NCBI GenBank assembly: GCA_964498605.1
Contig: CAZCHK010000003.1
Span: 13,621 to 77,620, forward strand
Length of the DNA stretch: 64,000 nt
Origin: an uncultured Anaerolineaceae bacterium
GTDB lineage: Bacteria > Chloroflexota > Anaerolineae > Anaerolineales > Anaerolineaceae
Direction: 5' to 3'
Shown: one piece after another, positions 26,258-35,239 of the stretch
Position numbering within the stretch: position 1 is the stretch's first letter
Layout: the number at the start of each line of letters is the position of its first letter
Translations under genes and position numbers: made by a program
The notes under the pieces: model-generated
What the model was told of the DNA's origin: nothing
The model's database searches: none
Seen by the model: only the letters and a program-made list of their open reading frames with translations

Positions 26258-27316
26258 TCAGGGTGTCGCCCTGTCATAAATGCGGTTGAATTCATCCAGA
26301 AATTCTGCAGCCACCCCGGGATCGTGGACGATGAAAATATTCTCGTCATTGCGCTTTTCAGCCGCGGATGTGAAATTATACGAGCCAAAAACCACCACTG
26401 ACCCATCGATGACGACCGTTTTCTGGTGCATCGCTCCGTCATCTCCATCCAGCCGAACATCCATCCCTCGAGAAAGCAGGAATTCATATTCACTGCCGCT
26501 GTCTGCGACGGCTTTGCTGCCGTCATAGACGATGCGCACAGCGACACCTCTCTCGGAAGCCATCACCAGCGCGTCGCCCAGGCTGTCGAGGGTGAAACTG
26601 TACGCCAGCACATCGATACTGCTGCGCGCGTCGTTGACCAGGCGCAGAAGCTGCTTGCTGACGCTGTCATCAGGAGAGAAATACACCTCCATGGGGATCC
26701 CGCCTTCCACCCACTGGGGATACGGGGTGTTGGAAGGACTATCGGCGCCAAAGAAGTGATCGTGGAACATCTCGTCGAATTCCGCCTGGTAGTTTCGCAC
26801 GGCTTTTTCAGAGACAATCCGCACCACACAGTTGGCATCCGTTTCCACGCTGCTGTAGGTCAGGTTGAGCGAACCCAGCCACAGCTGCGTCCCGTCAATG
26901 ATGGTGAACTTATTGTGCATCAAGCCATCCTCGCTGCCGGCAACCACCTGTATACCTGCCTGCCGCAGCTGCAAGACTTCCGCGCCATCCATGTTGTCCG
27001 CGTCGGTGACCAGGCGCACGACCACGCCGCCTGCTGAGGCTTCCACCAGCGCGTCCGTCACGGCCGCGTGTGTCAGGTTGTACACGGCGATTTCGATTCT
27101 CTCCTGCGCGTCGTTGATCGATTCAAGATACTCCCCCAGCATCTCGTCGCCCTGGTCCGGAGTGAAATACACCTCGATGCTGACTGGAACGTCCTCATCA
27201 AACATCTCAGGCATCTGTACTGGTGGGAACTGCGGTTGACACGCGATGAAAGAGAGAATGAGAAGTGGAATCGCAAGAATTACTTGGCTGCGTCGCGTGG
27301 GGTTACGGTTCATCAT
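26258..27316 (-). CDS. Phospholipase D-family (two HKD motifs) lipoprotein
   Basis: HNKFTIIDGTQLWLGSLNLT and HQKTVVIDGSVVVFGSYNFT. Lipobox LSFIAC. TGGTAAAAT box on the minus strand at 27358-27350. Confidence 0.85.
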   Translation of the reverse strand: MMNRNPTRRSQVILAIPLLILSFIACQPQFPPVQMPEMFDEDVPVSIEVYFTPDQGDEMLGEYLESINDAQERIEIAVYNLTHAAVTDALVEASAGGVVVRLVTDADNMDGAEVLQLRQAGIQVVAGSEDGLMHNKFTIIDGTQLWLGSLNLTYSSVETDANCVVRIVSEKAVRNYQAEFDEMFHDHFFGADSPSNTPYPQWVEGGIPMEVYFSPDDSVSKQLLRLVNDARSSIDVLAYSFTLDSLGDALVMASERGVAVRIVYDGSKAVADSGSEYEFLLSRGMDVRLDGDDGAMHQKTVVIDGSVVVFGSYNFTSAAEKRNDENIFIVHDPGVAAEFLDEFNRIYDRATP

Positions 27317-27513
27317 GCTTGGTTTTGCTGGTGCTGATCGGTTGAAAGCATTTTACCATGACGGCCTGGCCGCGTGAGATTTCTCCCGTCCGCTTTTTCA
27401 CCAGGTTTGCCCGGGAAGGCATGAATGCACCCATCGCAAGATACAGAAATGTGTTGAAAATGATAGGCGTGAACCAGTTCCCGATGGTACGGCCGCGTCA
27501 GCAAACGAATGGG

Positions 27514-28254
27514 TTAAATCTTGCGCCACACCTGGTACAGGCTCAGATCGCCCCCCTGTCCGTCTGAGAACCATTCTTCGGTAATCCTGAAGCCGCTCTC
27601 CCCTGCCAGGTTTCGAAGTTCATCGGCGGTGTAACTGTGCACGTACCTTAAACCGCGCTGCTCCGCCTGTCCTGGAAGCGCATAACGCCAATCAAGCAGA
27701 TGGTCCCCCGGATCCACGACCTCGTCCGTCAACCCCGCCCGTGACCAGGGCTGCACGCGCGCGAGGAACTTTGAACTGCGCTGGAACTGCCACACTGAGT
27801 GCGCGAAGGTCCCGTTTTCGCTCAGGAGATCATTGATGGCTCGCAGCAGCGCGAGACGGTTCTGCCTGCCGGGAAGGTGATGGAGCACCGCAAAAGCCAT
27901 GATACCGTGCACATCGCGGGGGATAACGCGATGTGGAAAGGTTCCGCTGGATAAGTCCCAGAGGTGAAACCGCGCATGATCGATGTCTTTGTTGAGTATT
28001 CTTGCTTCATTTAGTAATACGTCGCTGTTGTCAAGACCGATATAGCTTCCCTGGAAACCATTCCGCGTCCATTCCCGTGCCAGGTAGCCGTTTCCACATC
28101 CAAGATCCAGCCACGTGCCTTGCGCGGGAACGCTCTGAAGAAATTTTCGCACTCCCGGCTGGATGCGCAGTCGCGTGCGCGAGAAAGCCGCCCCAAAGGT
28201 CTGGTAGAATTCCTGATTGAGGCGAATTAACTTTTCAGCCACTACTGGTTGCAT
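27514..28254 (-). CDS. Class I SAM-dependent methyltransferase, Trm9-like by motif order
   Basis: FYQTFGAAFSRTRLRIQPGVRKFL...WLDLGCGNGY...FAVLHHLP...LRYVHSYTADEL. Start set at MQPVVAEK, preceded by TATAAT-6 nt. Confidence 0.7.
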   Translation of the reverse strand: MQPVVAEKLIRLNQEFYQTFGAAFSRTRLRIQPGVRKFLQSVPAQGTWLDLGCGNGYLAREWTRNGFQGSYIGLDNSDVLLNEARILNKDIDHARFHLWDLSSGTFPHRVIPRDVHGIMAFAVLHHLPGRQNRLALLRAINDLLSENGTFAHSVWQFQRSSKFLARVQPWSRAGLTDEVVDPGDHLLDWRYALPGQAEQRGLRYVHSYTADELRNLAGESGFRITEEWFSDGQGGDLSLYQVWRKI

Positions 28255-28260
28255 GACCTT

Positions 28261-28266
28261 ATTATA
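28261..28266 (-). promoter_or_regulatory. -10 hexamer TATAAT exactly 6 nt before the methyltransferase ATG (leaderless-type)
   Basis: The minus strand reads tataat-aaggtc-ATG(28254). The same AT-rich core gives TATATA 8 nt before the elp3 ATG on the plus strand. Confidence 0.4.
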
Positions 28267-28276
28267 TAGGAAACGC

Positions 28277-29890
28277 ATGGTCAAGAACATTGAGAGATGG
28301 CAGACAGCCCAGCAGCATACCCCAGAACTTATGGCTGCCGCCCGCGGCATCCTCAAGGAAATGCTTCTCGGCAAGGATTACCGCACCGCCACCCGGCACT
28401 ACCCCCTGCAGCGGGGCGGGTACTGCCCGAAACACGCAGTTGTGGCGGCCTATCACGCCATGGTGGAAACCGAAGAGATCGAAGAGGATCCCGCCTTGCT
28501 GGCACGCATTCGCATGAAACCTGGCCGGACGCTCTCTGGCGTGTCAACGGTGACTGTGCTGACCAAGCCCCATCCATGCCCGGGGAAATGCATCTTCTGC
28601 CCGACTTACGATGACATGCCGAAAAGCTACCTGCAAGATGAGCCTGGAGGAGCCCGCGCTTTCCAGAACCAGTTCGATCCTTTCACGCAGGTGCGTTCCA
28701 GGCTGGACTCCTATCTCGCGGTCGGTCATCCAATCGACAAGCTGGAGCTGCTCATCCTGGGAGGAACATGGAACGCCTATCCCCATGATTACCGCGAGCA
28801 CTTCGTCCAACGCTGCCTGGATGCGATGAACGGCTTTGATTCCTCCTGCCTTAATGAAGCCCAACAAGCAAACGGGACAGCCAGCAACCGCAACGTGGGC
28901 CTGGTGATCGAGACCCGGCCGGACCTGGTCACGCCCGAGGAGGTCATTCACCTGCGCCGCCTGGGCGTGACCAAAGTACAGATGGGTGCCCAGAGCCTGG
29001 ATGACAATATCCTGGCGCTGAATCAAAGGGGGCACACCGCTGCTCAGACCCTGCGAGCGACTGCCATGCTGCGCGCCGCCGGTTTCAAGATCGTGCTGCA
29101 CTGGATGCCCAACCTGCTTGGCGCGACGATCGCATTGGACCGGCAGGATTTTTACCGCCTCTGGCAGGGTTACTGCCCGGATGAGCTTAAGATCTACCCC
29201 ACCCAGCTTCTTGAACATACCAGCCTGTATGCTGAGTGGCAGCAGGGCAATTATCAGCCCTACACGATGGAAGAATTGATCCAGTTCATCGCCGATCTCA
29301 AACCAGCTATCCCGCCCTATTGCCGCGTGAACCGCATCGTCCGCGATATTCCCTCCACGCACATCGTCGCCGGCAACAAGCGCACCAGCCTGCGCCAGGA
29401 CATCATGGCTGAGATGGAACGTCGCGGTACAAAATGTGGCTGCATCCGCTGTCACGAAGTGCGCGCTCATCACATCACCGTGGAGAATCTCAGCCTGGAA
29501 GATTATACATATGCAGCCGCGCATGCTGAAGAGCATTTCCTCTCATACCGATCATTGAGCGGGATGATCGCGGGTTACCTGCGCCTGTCCCTCCCGACAG
29601 CCTCCCGGGAAAGTGACGAGCTGTCCGAAGCGATGCCCGAATTAAAAGGTGCGGCGCTGCTGCGCGAGGTGCATGTCTTTGGACAGGCGCTGCCTGTCGG
29701 GTCCGGACAGAAAGGCGCGGCACAGCACATCGGACTCGGAAAGAAATTGATCGATCGGGCCTGCCAGATCAGCCTCGAGCATGGATTTGACGCCCTCGCG
29801 GTCATCTCCGCCATCGGCACCCGGGAGTATTACTCGCAGCGGGGTTTTACGCGTGGAAATTTATACCAGATCAAAGATCTCAAGGAGTAA
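28277..29890 (+). CDS. elp3: Elp3-type radical SAM / GNAT tRNA wobble-uridine modification enzyme
   Basis: CxxxCxxC in HPCPGKCIFCP, elongated radical-SAM core (LELLILGGTW, VGLVIETRPD, TKVQMGAQS), and C-terminal GNAT REVHVFGQALPVG...QHIGLGKKLI...YYSQRGF. Confidence 0.85.
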   Translation: MVKNIERWQTAQQHTPELMAAARGILKEMLLGKDYRTATRHYPLQRGGYCPKHAVVAAYHAMVETEEIEEDPALLARIRMKPGRTLSGVSTVTVLTKPHPCPGKCIFCPTYDDMPKSYLQDEPGGARAFQNQFDPFTQVRSRLDSYLAVGHPIDKLELLILGGTWNAYPHDYREHFVQRCLDAMNGFDSSCLNEAQQANGTASNRNVGLVIETRPDLVTPEEVIHLRRLGVTKVQMGAQSLDDNILALNQRGHTAAQTLRATAMLRAAGFKIVLHWMPNLLGATIALDRQDFYRLWQGYCPDELKIYPTQLLEHTSLYAEWQQGNYQPYTMEELIQFIADLKPAIPPYCRVNRIVRDIPSTHIVAGNKRTSLRQDIMAEMERRGTKCGCIRCHEVRAHHITVENLSLEDYTYAAAHAEEHFLSYRSLSGMIAGYLRLSLPTASRESDELSEAMPELKGAALLREVHVFGQALPVGSGQKGAAQHIGLGKKLIDRACQISLEHGFDALAVISAIGTREYYSQRGFTRGNLYQIKDLKE

Positions 29891-29893
29891 ACA

Positions 29894-30403
29894 ATGGAAG
29901 CATACGAGTGCATCATCACACGCCGCTCAGTTCGCCAGTACACCCATCAACCCATCGACCGCGAAACGATCGACAAATTGATCACAGCCGCCCTGTACGC
30001 GCCTTCTGCCATGAACCTGCAGCCGTGGCATTTCATCATCATCGACGAACGTGAGACCCTGGATGCCGTGCAGAGCTTTCATCACAGCGCCAAGATGCTG
30101 GCGAATTCTCCCGCCGCCATTCTGGTCTGCGGCAGGGTCGATCCCGAGCGCCTGGCGCATTACTGGTACATCGACTGCGCGGCAGCCACCGAGAATATCC
30201 TCCTGGCATCTCACGCGCTTGGTTTAAGCGCCTGCTGGCTGGGCATCACCCCGCGCGAGGATCGCATCGAGGGTATGCGCAAGCTGATCCCCCTGCCGGA
30301 GGACGTTCAGCCCTTCGCCCTGATCGCCCTGGGGTATGCCGCGGTGACGCCTCCCCAGCCTGAGCGCTGGGATAGCACGAAAATTCACCACAACCGCTGG
30401 TAA
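29894..30403 (+). CDS. Nitroreductase-family flavoprotein
   Basis: ITRRSVRQYT...APSAMNLQPWHFIII...ENILLASHALGLSACWLG. Starts 4 nt after the elp3 stop, with GGAG SD. Confidence 0.85.
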   Translation: MEAYECIITRRSVRQYTHQPIDRETIDKLITAALYAPSAMNLQPWHFIIIDERETLDAVQSFHHSAKMLANSPAAILVCGRVDPERLAHYWYIDCAAATENILLASHALGLSACWLGITPREDRIEGMRKLIPLPEDVQPFALIALGYAAVTPPQPERWDSTKIHHNRW

Positions 30404-30499
30404 TTCAGTCGATGCTGCAGGCGTGCGTCTGCATCCGCAGCAGCCGGTTGCCAGCTGGACAGGCTTTGACCTTTTCGAATCTGGACACAGGAGAACAAG

Positions 30500-31972
30500 A
30501 TGCGCGATGTGCGAATTACCGTATTACTGTTCTTATCCCTCTGCACGGTGTCTGCCTGCAGGCTCCCCCTTGCGCATCAGCCCACCCAGGCGACCTACGC
30601 ACCTGAAAGCATGCAATCCCCGTTTGACTCCTCATCGCCTGGTCAGACAGATGTCCCTGTCGCCCCGATTGACCTGATCAGCCCCTCGGATCTGGCATAT
30701 CTGGGAGCTTTCCGTCTCCCCCAGGGCAGTGGCAGACCTCTCACCTTTGAATACGGAGGAGCAGCCATGACTTTTTCTCCACAAGGCGATCCATCCGGTT
30801 CGGCGGACGGTTTTCCCGGATCACTCTTCATCATGGGTCATGACCGGCTGCCTTACGGCGAACTGCCCGATGGGAATCAGATTGCCGAGGTCAGCATCCC
30901 CGCTCCGCTTGATGGCAGCCTCGCGTCTCTCAATACCGCGGTCTGGATTCAGCAGTTTTCAGATGTCCTCAAAGGTCACTTCACCACGTTGGAGGAGATT
31001 CCACGCGCAGGTCTACTTTACCTGCAGCATCCCCTCACAGGTCCGCTTCTGCACGTCGCGTTTGGGGCCCACTTTCAGGAGGACACCCTGCAGCTCGTCG
31101 CCTCGCATGGCTGGATCGATCCGAATCTCTCTGAACGTGATTACCAGGGCTCGTGGTTTATTGGAAACCAATCTTTTTACAGTGTGAATGGATACCTTTT
31201 TGAAATCCCCGTTGACTTCGCGGATGCCTATTTGGGCGGAAAAGTGATCGCCACCGGGCGTTATCGGGATGGCGGCTGGTCAGGCATGGGTCCGGAACTG
31301 TTTGCTTACCTGCCCTGGGACGATCACGGCAGCCCACTGGCCGACCAGCTGCATTTAGAGGAAGCTGTCCTGCTGCAGTACGCCGATTCGATGAGCAGCG
31401 AGGATTTCTCGCGCGCCCTGAACGGTTATTCTCATGCTGACGAGTGGGAAGGCGGAGCCTGGCTGAGTACCAAAGATGGCCGCGCTGCGGTCATCTTTGC
31501 CGGCACGAAGGCAATTGGTGAGCGCACCTGGTATGGCTGGCAGAACCCGGACGATCCATCCAAACCCTGTGTCGAAACTGAACTGATTGGACAATTCATC
31601 CTGTGCCGCACAGCGAATGGAGAGCCATGCCCGCAGAGCGACCTGCAGGGATGCCTCAGTCACAACGATTACCGCGGCTGGTGGAGCGACGCCTTCACCT
31701 CCCAGATCATCTTCTTCGATCCAGCTGGTCTTGCAAAGGTCGCCAATGGGCAGATGCAGCCCTGGGAGAATCAACCCTACGCCGTACTGGATATTAATAA
31801 CCGGCTGCTGCACAATCCCGACAGCGTGGAACAGGACATGCTCGGGTCGGGAGCGCAGCGCCGCAACCGGATCGGCGAAGTGGCTTATGATCGGGAGAAT
31901 GGTTTGATTTACATTCTGGAATTATTTGCCGACGGCGCTCAGCCCGTCGTGCACGTGTGGAAGATCCATTGA
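30500..31972 (+). CDS. Secreted lipoprotein of unknown function
   Basis: Lipobox SLCTVSAC and AGGAG SD. 490 aa with no motif I can name. Confidence 0.5.
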   Translation: MRDVRITVLLFLSLCTVSACRLPLAHQPTQATYAPESMQSPFDSSSPGQTDVPVAPIDLISPSDLAYLGAFRLPQGSGRPLTFEYGGAAMTFSPQGDPSGSADGFPGSLFIMGHDRLPYGELPDGNQIAEVSIPAPLDGSLASLNTAVWIQQFSDVLKGHFTTLEEIPRAGLLYLQHPLTGPLLHVAFGAHFQEDTLQLVASHGWIDPNLSERDYQGSWFIGNQSFYSVNGYLFEIPVDFADAYLGGKVIATGRYRDGGWSGMGPELFAYLPWDDHGSPLADQLHLEEAVLLQYADSMSSEDFSRALNGYSHADEWEGGAWLSTKDGRAAVIFAGTKAIGERTWYGWQNPDDPSKPCVETELIGQFILCRTANGEPCPQSDLQGCLSHNDYRGWWSDAFTSQIIFFDPAGLAKVANGQMQPWENQPYAVLDINNRLLHNPDSVEQDMLGSGAQRRNRIGEVAYDRENGLIYILELFADGAQPVVHVWKIH

Positions 31973-32032
31973 ACCACTGCAAAGTAATTTGTCAGTGCGA
32001 AGCAACCGGTATTCGCCTGACCCGGTCGACAG

Positions 32033-33202
32033 CTACATATACTCTTTGAGCTGTCTGGCCCTACGCGGGTGCCGCAGGCGCCGCAGGGCTTTGCCCTCGA
32101 TCTGCCGGATTCGCTCGCGGGTCAGGCCAAATTTTGCCCCGACGTCCTCCAGCGTGTAGGGATGGCCATCCTCCAGTCCAAAGCGCAGACGCAGGATGCG
32201 CGCTTCACGCGGCGGCAGGGACTCCAGCACTTCTTCAACCTTTTCTTTCAGTATCTTCGTGTATGTGGCCTGGGCGGGCGTTGGCGTGATCAGGTCCTCC
32301 ACGAACATGCCCAGTTCGGACTCCTCATCGTCATCGTTGACCGGGCTTTCCAGCGACAGCGGTAGCCAGGAAACACGCAGCATCCAGTCGACCTTGTCCG
32401 GTGTGGTGCCGATCTTTTCAGCGAGTTCTTCCATGGTGGGCACGCGTCCTAGCGCCTGCTCCATCTCGTGCGTGGTTTTGTACAGCTGACGGATGCGGTC
32501 CACCATGTGCACGGGTACCCGGATGGTGCGCCCCTGGTCCGCGATCGAGCGGGTGATGGTCTGCCGGATCCACCACGTGGCGTAGGTCGAAAAACGGAAT
32601 CCGCGCTGGTATTCAAATTTTTCAACCGCTTTCATCAATCCCAGGTTGCCTTCCTGGATCAAGTCCAGGAACGGCACACCGCGCATGGTGTAACGCTTGG
32701 CTACCGCGACCACCAGGCGGGTGTTGGCCTTGATGAGGTGATCGCGAGCCTGCCGCCCGTCCTCGATAAATGTGTCCAGTTCCTCCAGACGCCTTTTAGA
32801 AATGCGCTTGCAGGATTCCTTTTCTTTGCGAGCCGCCCGGCCGCTTTCAATCCGCTGGGAAAGATCGATCTCCTCCGCATGCGATAGCAGGGGCACGCGC
32901 GACATCTCCTTCAGATACAGGCTGACGTTGTCTTCGCTGGCGACAGGTTCGATGGTAACGGTTGGGTCCAGATCGCTGCCGGGACCCTCTTCCTCCGGCT
33001 CTTCGCTGATCGCGTCCTGGTCCACGATATCCACGCCCCGCCTGCGCAGCGCCACCAGGATCGCTTCCAGATGGTCTGCATCCTGACGCACATCCGGATA
33101 GACCTCCATCAGGTCATCCGCGGTCAGGTATCCCTGTATGTCAGCTTTTTCCAGCAGCATGGAGAAGCAGTCGGCATCCAGTTTGCCGCGTCCAGGTGTC
33201 AT
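32033..33202 (-). CDS. rpoD: Primary RNA polymerase sigma factor
   Basis: Regions 1.2 through 4 are present: LIKANTRLVVAVAKRY, DLIQEGNLGLMKAVEKFEY, FSTYATWWIRQ, and TLEDVGAKFGLTRERIRQIE. Confidence 0.92.
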   Translation of the reverse strand: MTPGRGKLDADCFSMLLEKADIQGYLTADDLMEVYPDVRQDADHLEAILVALRRRGVDIVDQDAISEEPEEEGPGSDLDPTVTIEPVASEDNVSLYLKEMSRVPLLSHAEEIDLSQRIESGRAARKEKESCKRISKRRLEELDTFIEDGRQARDHLIKANTRLVVAVAKRYTMRGVPFLDLIQEGNLGLMKAVEKFEYQRGFRFSTYATWWIRQTITRSIADQGRTIRVPVHMVDRIRQLYKTTHEMEQALGRVPTMEELAEKIGTTPDKVDWMLRVSWLPLSLESPVNDDDEESELGMFVEDLITPTPAQATYTKILKEKVEEVLESLPPREARILRLRFGLEDGHPYTLEDVGAKFGLTRERIRQIEGKALRRLRHPRRARQLKEYM

Positions 33203-33227
33203 ATCTTCTCCTGTGCCAGCTGGAACA

Positions 33228-33704
33228 TTACCCTAGCTCCTGTTGAATGTGAACGCAGGATTTCAGGTTTAAATTTTCTCCACAGATTCCGCACAGTCCT
33301 TTGCAATCCTCCCTGCAAATCGGGCTGATGGGCAGCTCAAGCAGCAGGTACTCGCGCAGGATCGGCGCAAAATCGATGTTGCCGTCTTCAGAAATGACGA
33401 AGTCCGCTTCCACGGTCGGGTGCGGATCGATGGAGTAAAGCTCCTCAAAATGCGTTTTAAGTGTCTGTTGCATTTCTTCCAGGCAGCGTGAGCATGTCAC
33501 GGGGTAGCATGCAGTGAAGTCGCACTCTGCCAGGATACCCTGCGGGGTGCGGCTCAAACGGGTAATCCCATTCAGCTGGGTGACATAAAAATCCTGACAG
33601 GTGAATCCTTCAGGCAGGTCAAAATGAATTTCGCGGAAAGTGCCTGCGGGTTGGTGAATCAGAAAACCAACATTGATTCGCAGGGGGTAGCGGGACTTTG
33701 TCAA
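33228..33704 (-). CDS. DUF177 (YceD-like) protein
   Basis: C-terminal CREDCKGLCGICGENLN motif typical of YceD/DUF177. Start moved to TTG 33704, because the ORF-track TTG at 33773 is the -35 box of the promoter below. Confidence 0.7.
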   Translation of the reverse strand: MTKSRYPLRINVGFLIHQPAGTFREIHFDLPEGFTCQDFYVTQLNGITRLSRTPQGILAECDFTACYPVTCSRCLEEMQQTLKTHFEELYSIDPHPTVEADFVISEDGNIDFAPILREYLLLELPISPICREDCKGLCGICGENLNLKSCVHIQQELG

Positions 33705-33744
33705 AGCGTTGGTCTCTTTATATAGAATATAATTACGAACTAGG

Positions 33745-33773
33745 ATTATAGCATGCGTGATAGGGCATGTCAA
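33745..33773 (-). promoter_or_regulatory. Consensus sigma-70 promoter TTGACA-17 nt-TATAAT (with TG extension)
   Basis: The minus strand reads TTGACA(33773-33768) tgccctatcacgcaTGc TATAAT(33750-33745), upstream of the DUF177-rpoD pair. Confidence 0.6.
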
Positions 33774-33807
33774 TTTATTATCATATTAATCATAAATATT
33801 AACACTC

Positions 33808-34410
33808 ATGAGACAGCTGCTTCTTTCCACGACCAACCCCGGAAAATTGAAAGAGCTCAAGGCTCTGCTTGCGAGGTCAGGCTGGGAGCTTTTGACACCC
33901 GCAGATATCGACCTGCGCCTGGCAGTTGAGGAAACGGGCTGCTCGTATCATGAAAATGCCGCGCTCAAAGCACGGGCTTTCTGCCGCGCGTCAGAACTAC
34001 CCGCACTGGCGGATGACACGGGTTTGGAAGTGATCGCGCTGGATGGCGCTCCCGGGCTTCATTCAGCACGTTTTGTCCAGGGCGAAAACGCGTCGGACGC
34101 GGCGCGGCGTGCCAGGCTTCTGCTCCAGCTTTCTACGCACACCCGCCCGTGGCTGGCTCAATTCCGCTGCAGCGTGGTGCTGGCCTACCCGGATGGCACA
34201 ATACTTACCGCCGAAGGCACCTGCCACGGTGAGATTGTTCCTGAAGAACGCGGAGAACACGGTTTCGGGTACGACCCCATCTTTCTTTTCCCGGCAGAGG
34301 GCAAAACCATGGCTGAGTTATCGATGGCGCGCAAGAACCGCATCAGCCACCGCGCCATGGCGATCAGCAACCTGCTAAAAATGATCCCCGGGCTTCACGC
34401 GGCCAGCTGA
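33808..34410 (+). CDS. rdgB: Non-canonical purine NTP pyrophosphatase (RdgB/HAM1)
   Basis: LLSTTNPGKLKE, ADDTGLEV and GFGYDPIF...SHR motifs. Confidence 0.88.
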   Translation: MRQLLLSTTNPGKLKELKALLARSGWELLTPADIDLRLAVEETGCSYHENAALKARAFCRASELPALADDTGLEVIALDGAPGLHSARFVQGENASDAARRARLLLQLSTHTRPWLAQFRCSVVLAYPDGTILTAEGTCHGEIVPEERGEHGFGYDPIFLFPAEGKTMAELSMARKNRISHRAMAISNLLKMIPGLHAAS

Positions 34411-34456
34411 TAATCTGGGATTGCACGAACAGTGAATCCATCGCGGACGTTTCGTG

Positions 34457-35239
34457 TTAAGCGTTGCCCATTTCCTTTAATGATCTCATAAATTGGGTCG
34501 TATTCAGCCTGCGTTCCAGTAAATAGGTCAGGTAGGTTTGCAGCAGCGCTTCCATGTCGCCAGCCACGCTTTGCGGCAGCTGCAGCGCTTTGATTTCCGC
34601 GTAGCTGCTGCGCTGAAAATGTCGCATGTACTTCAAGGTGTTCATGTTCACGCGCGTCATGTCCCCGCCGCTCAGTGCACACGCCGGGCAGACAACGCCG
34701 CCCTGCTCTTGAGAAAAGTACTGGTCTTCGGGCCTGATGTCTTCCCCGTTCCGGACACACTTAAAAAGCTGCGGTCGGTATCCCAGCAGGTCCAGCATGT
34801 GGATTTCGAAATAGCGCAGCACAACATCAGGATGATGCCCCTCCTCCAGCCTGATCAGGGAATCGGTCAGCAGCCTGAACACCCCGGCGTTGACCTCATC
34901 TTCGAATGTGAAGCGGTCCGCCAGTTCGAGCAAATAGATCCCGGCAGCCGTCAGGACGAGGTCCTGGCGGATGCGACTGAAAACCTGGCGGGTTTCTGCC
35001 TGGGTGACGATCCACAGATCTTTGCCCCGGGCCAGCTGCAGATTCACATGGGTGAGCGGTTCCAGGTGCCCCGCTTTGCGCGAGTTCAGTTTGCGCGCTC
35101 CTTTGGCGATGGCCCTGAGCTTTCCCATCTCCTGCGTGCAAAGCACCAGGAGCCGGTCCGCTTCACTCCAGTCAGAGTGGCGCAGCACGATGGCATCCGT
35201 GCGCAGCGACCTCTCACGATTTGGCATCAGGTAGATCAC
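34457..35239 (-). CDS. recO: DNA repair protein RecO
   Basis: N-terminal OB block LRTDAIVLRHSDWSEADRLLVLCTQEMGKLRAIAKGARK and a zinc motif C..C...CPAC region. Start could instead be M5 (35227). Confidence 0.85.
   Translation of the reverse strand: MIYLMPNRERSLRTDAIVLRHSDWSEADRLLVLCTQEMGKLRAIAKGARKLNSRKAGHLEPLTHVNLQLARGKDLWIVTQAETRQVFSRIRQDLVLTAAGIYLLELADRFTFEDEVNAGVFRLLTDSLIRLEEGHHPDVVLRYFEIHMLDLLGYRPQLFKCVRNGEDIRPEDQYFSQEQGGVVCPACALSGGDMTRVNMNTLKYMRHFQRSSYAEIKALQLPQSVAGDMEALLQTYLTYLLERRLNTTQFMRSLKEMGNA

Noticed and set aside
27313-27504. 63-aa ORF in the gap between the PLD gene and the methyltransferase gene.
   Set aside because: It contains the TGGTAAAAT promoter box of the PLD gene, has no SD, and has a His/Arg-rich composition. 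The gap is better explained as the PLD promoter/leader plus the methyltransferase 3' region.
33705-33773. ORF-track start (TTG 33773) for the DUF177 gene.
   Set aside because: That TTG is the first three bases of the TTGACA -35 box of a perfect promoter. A transcript starting near 33738 cannot include it.
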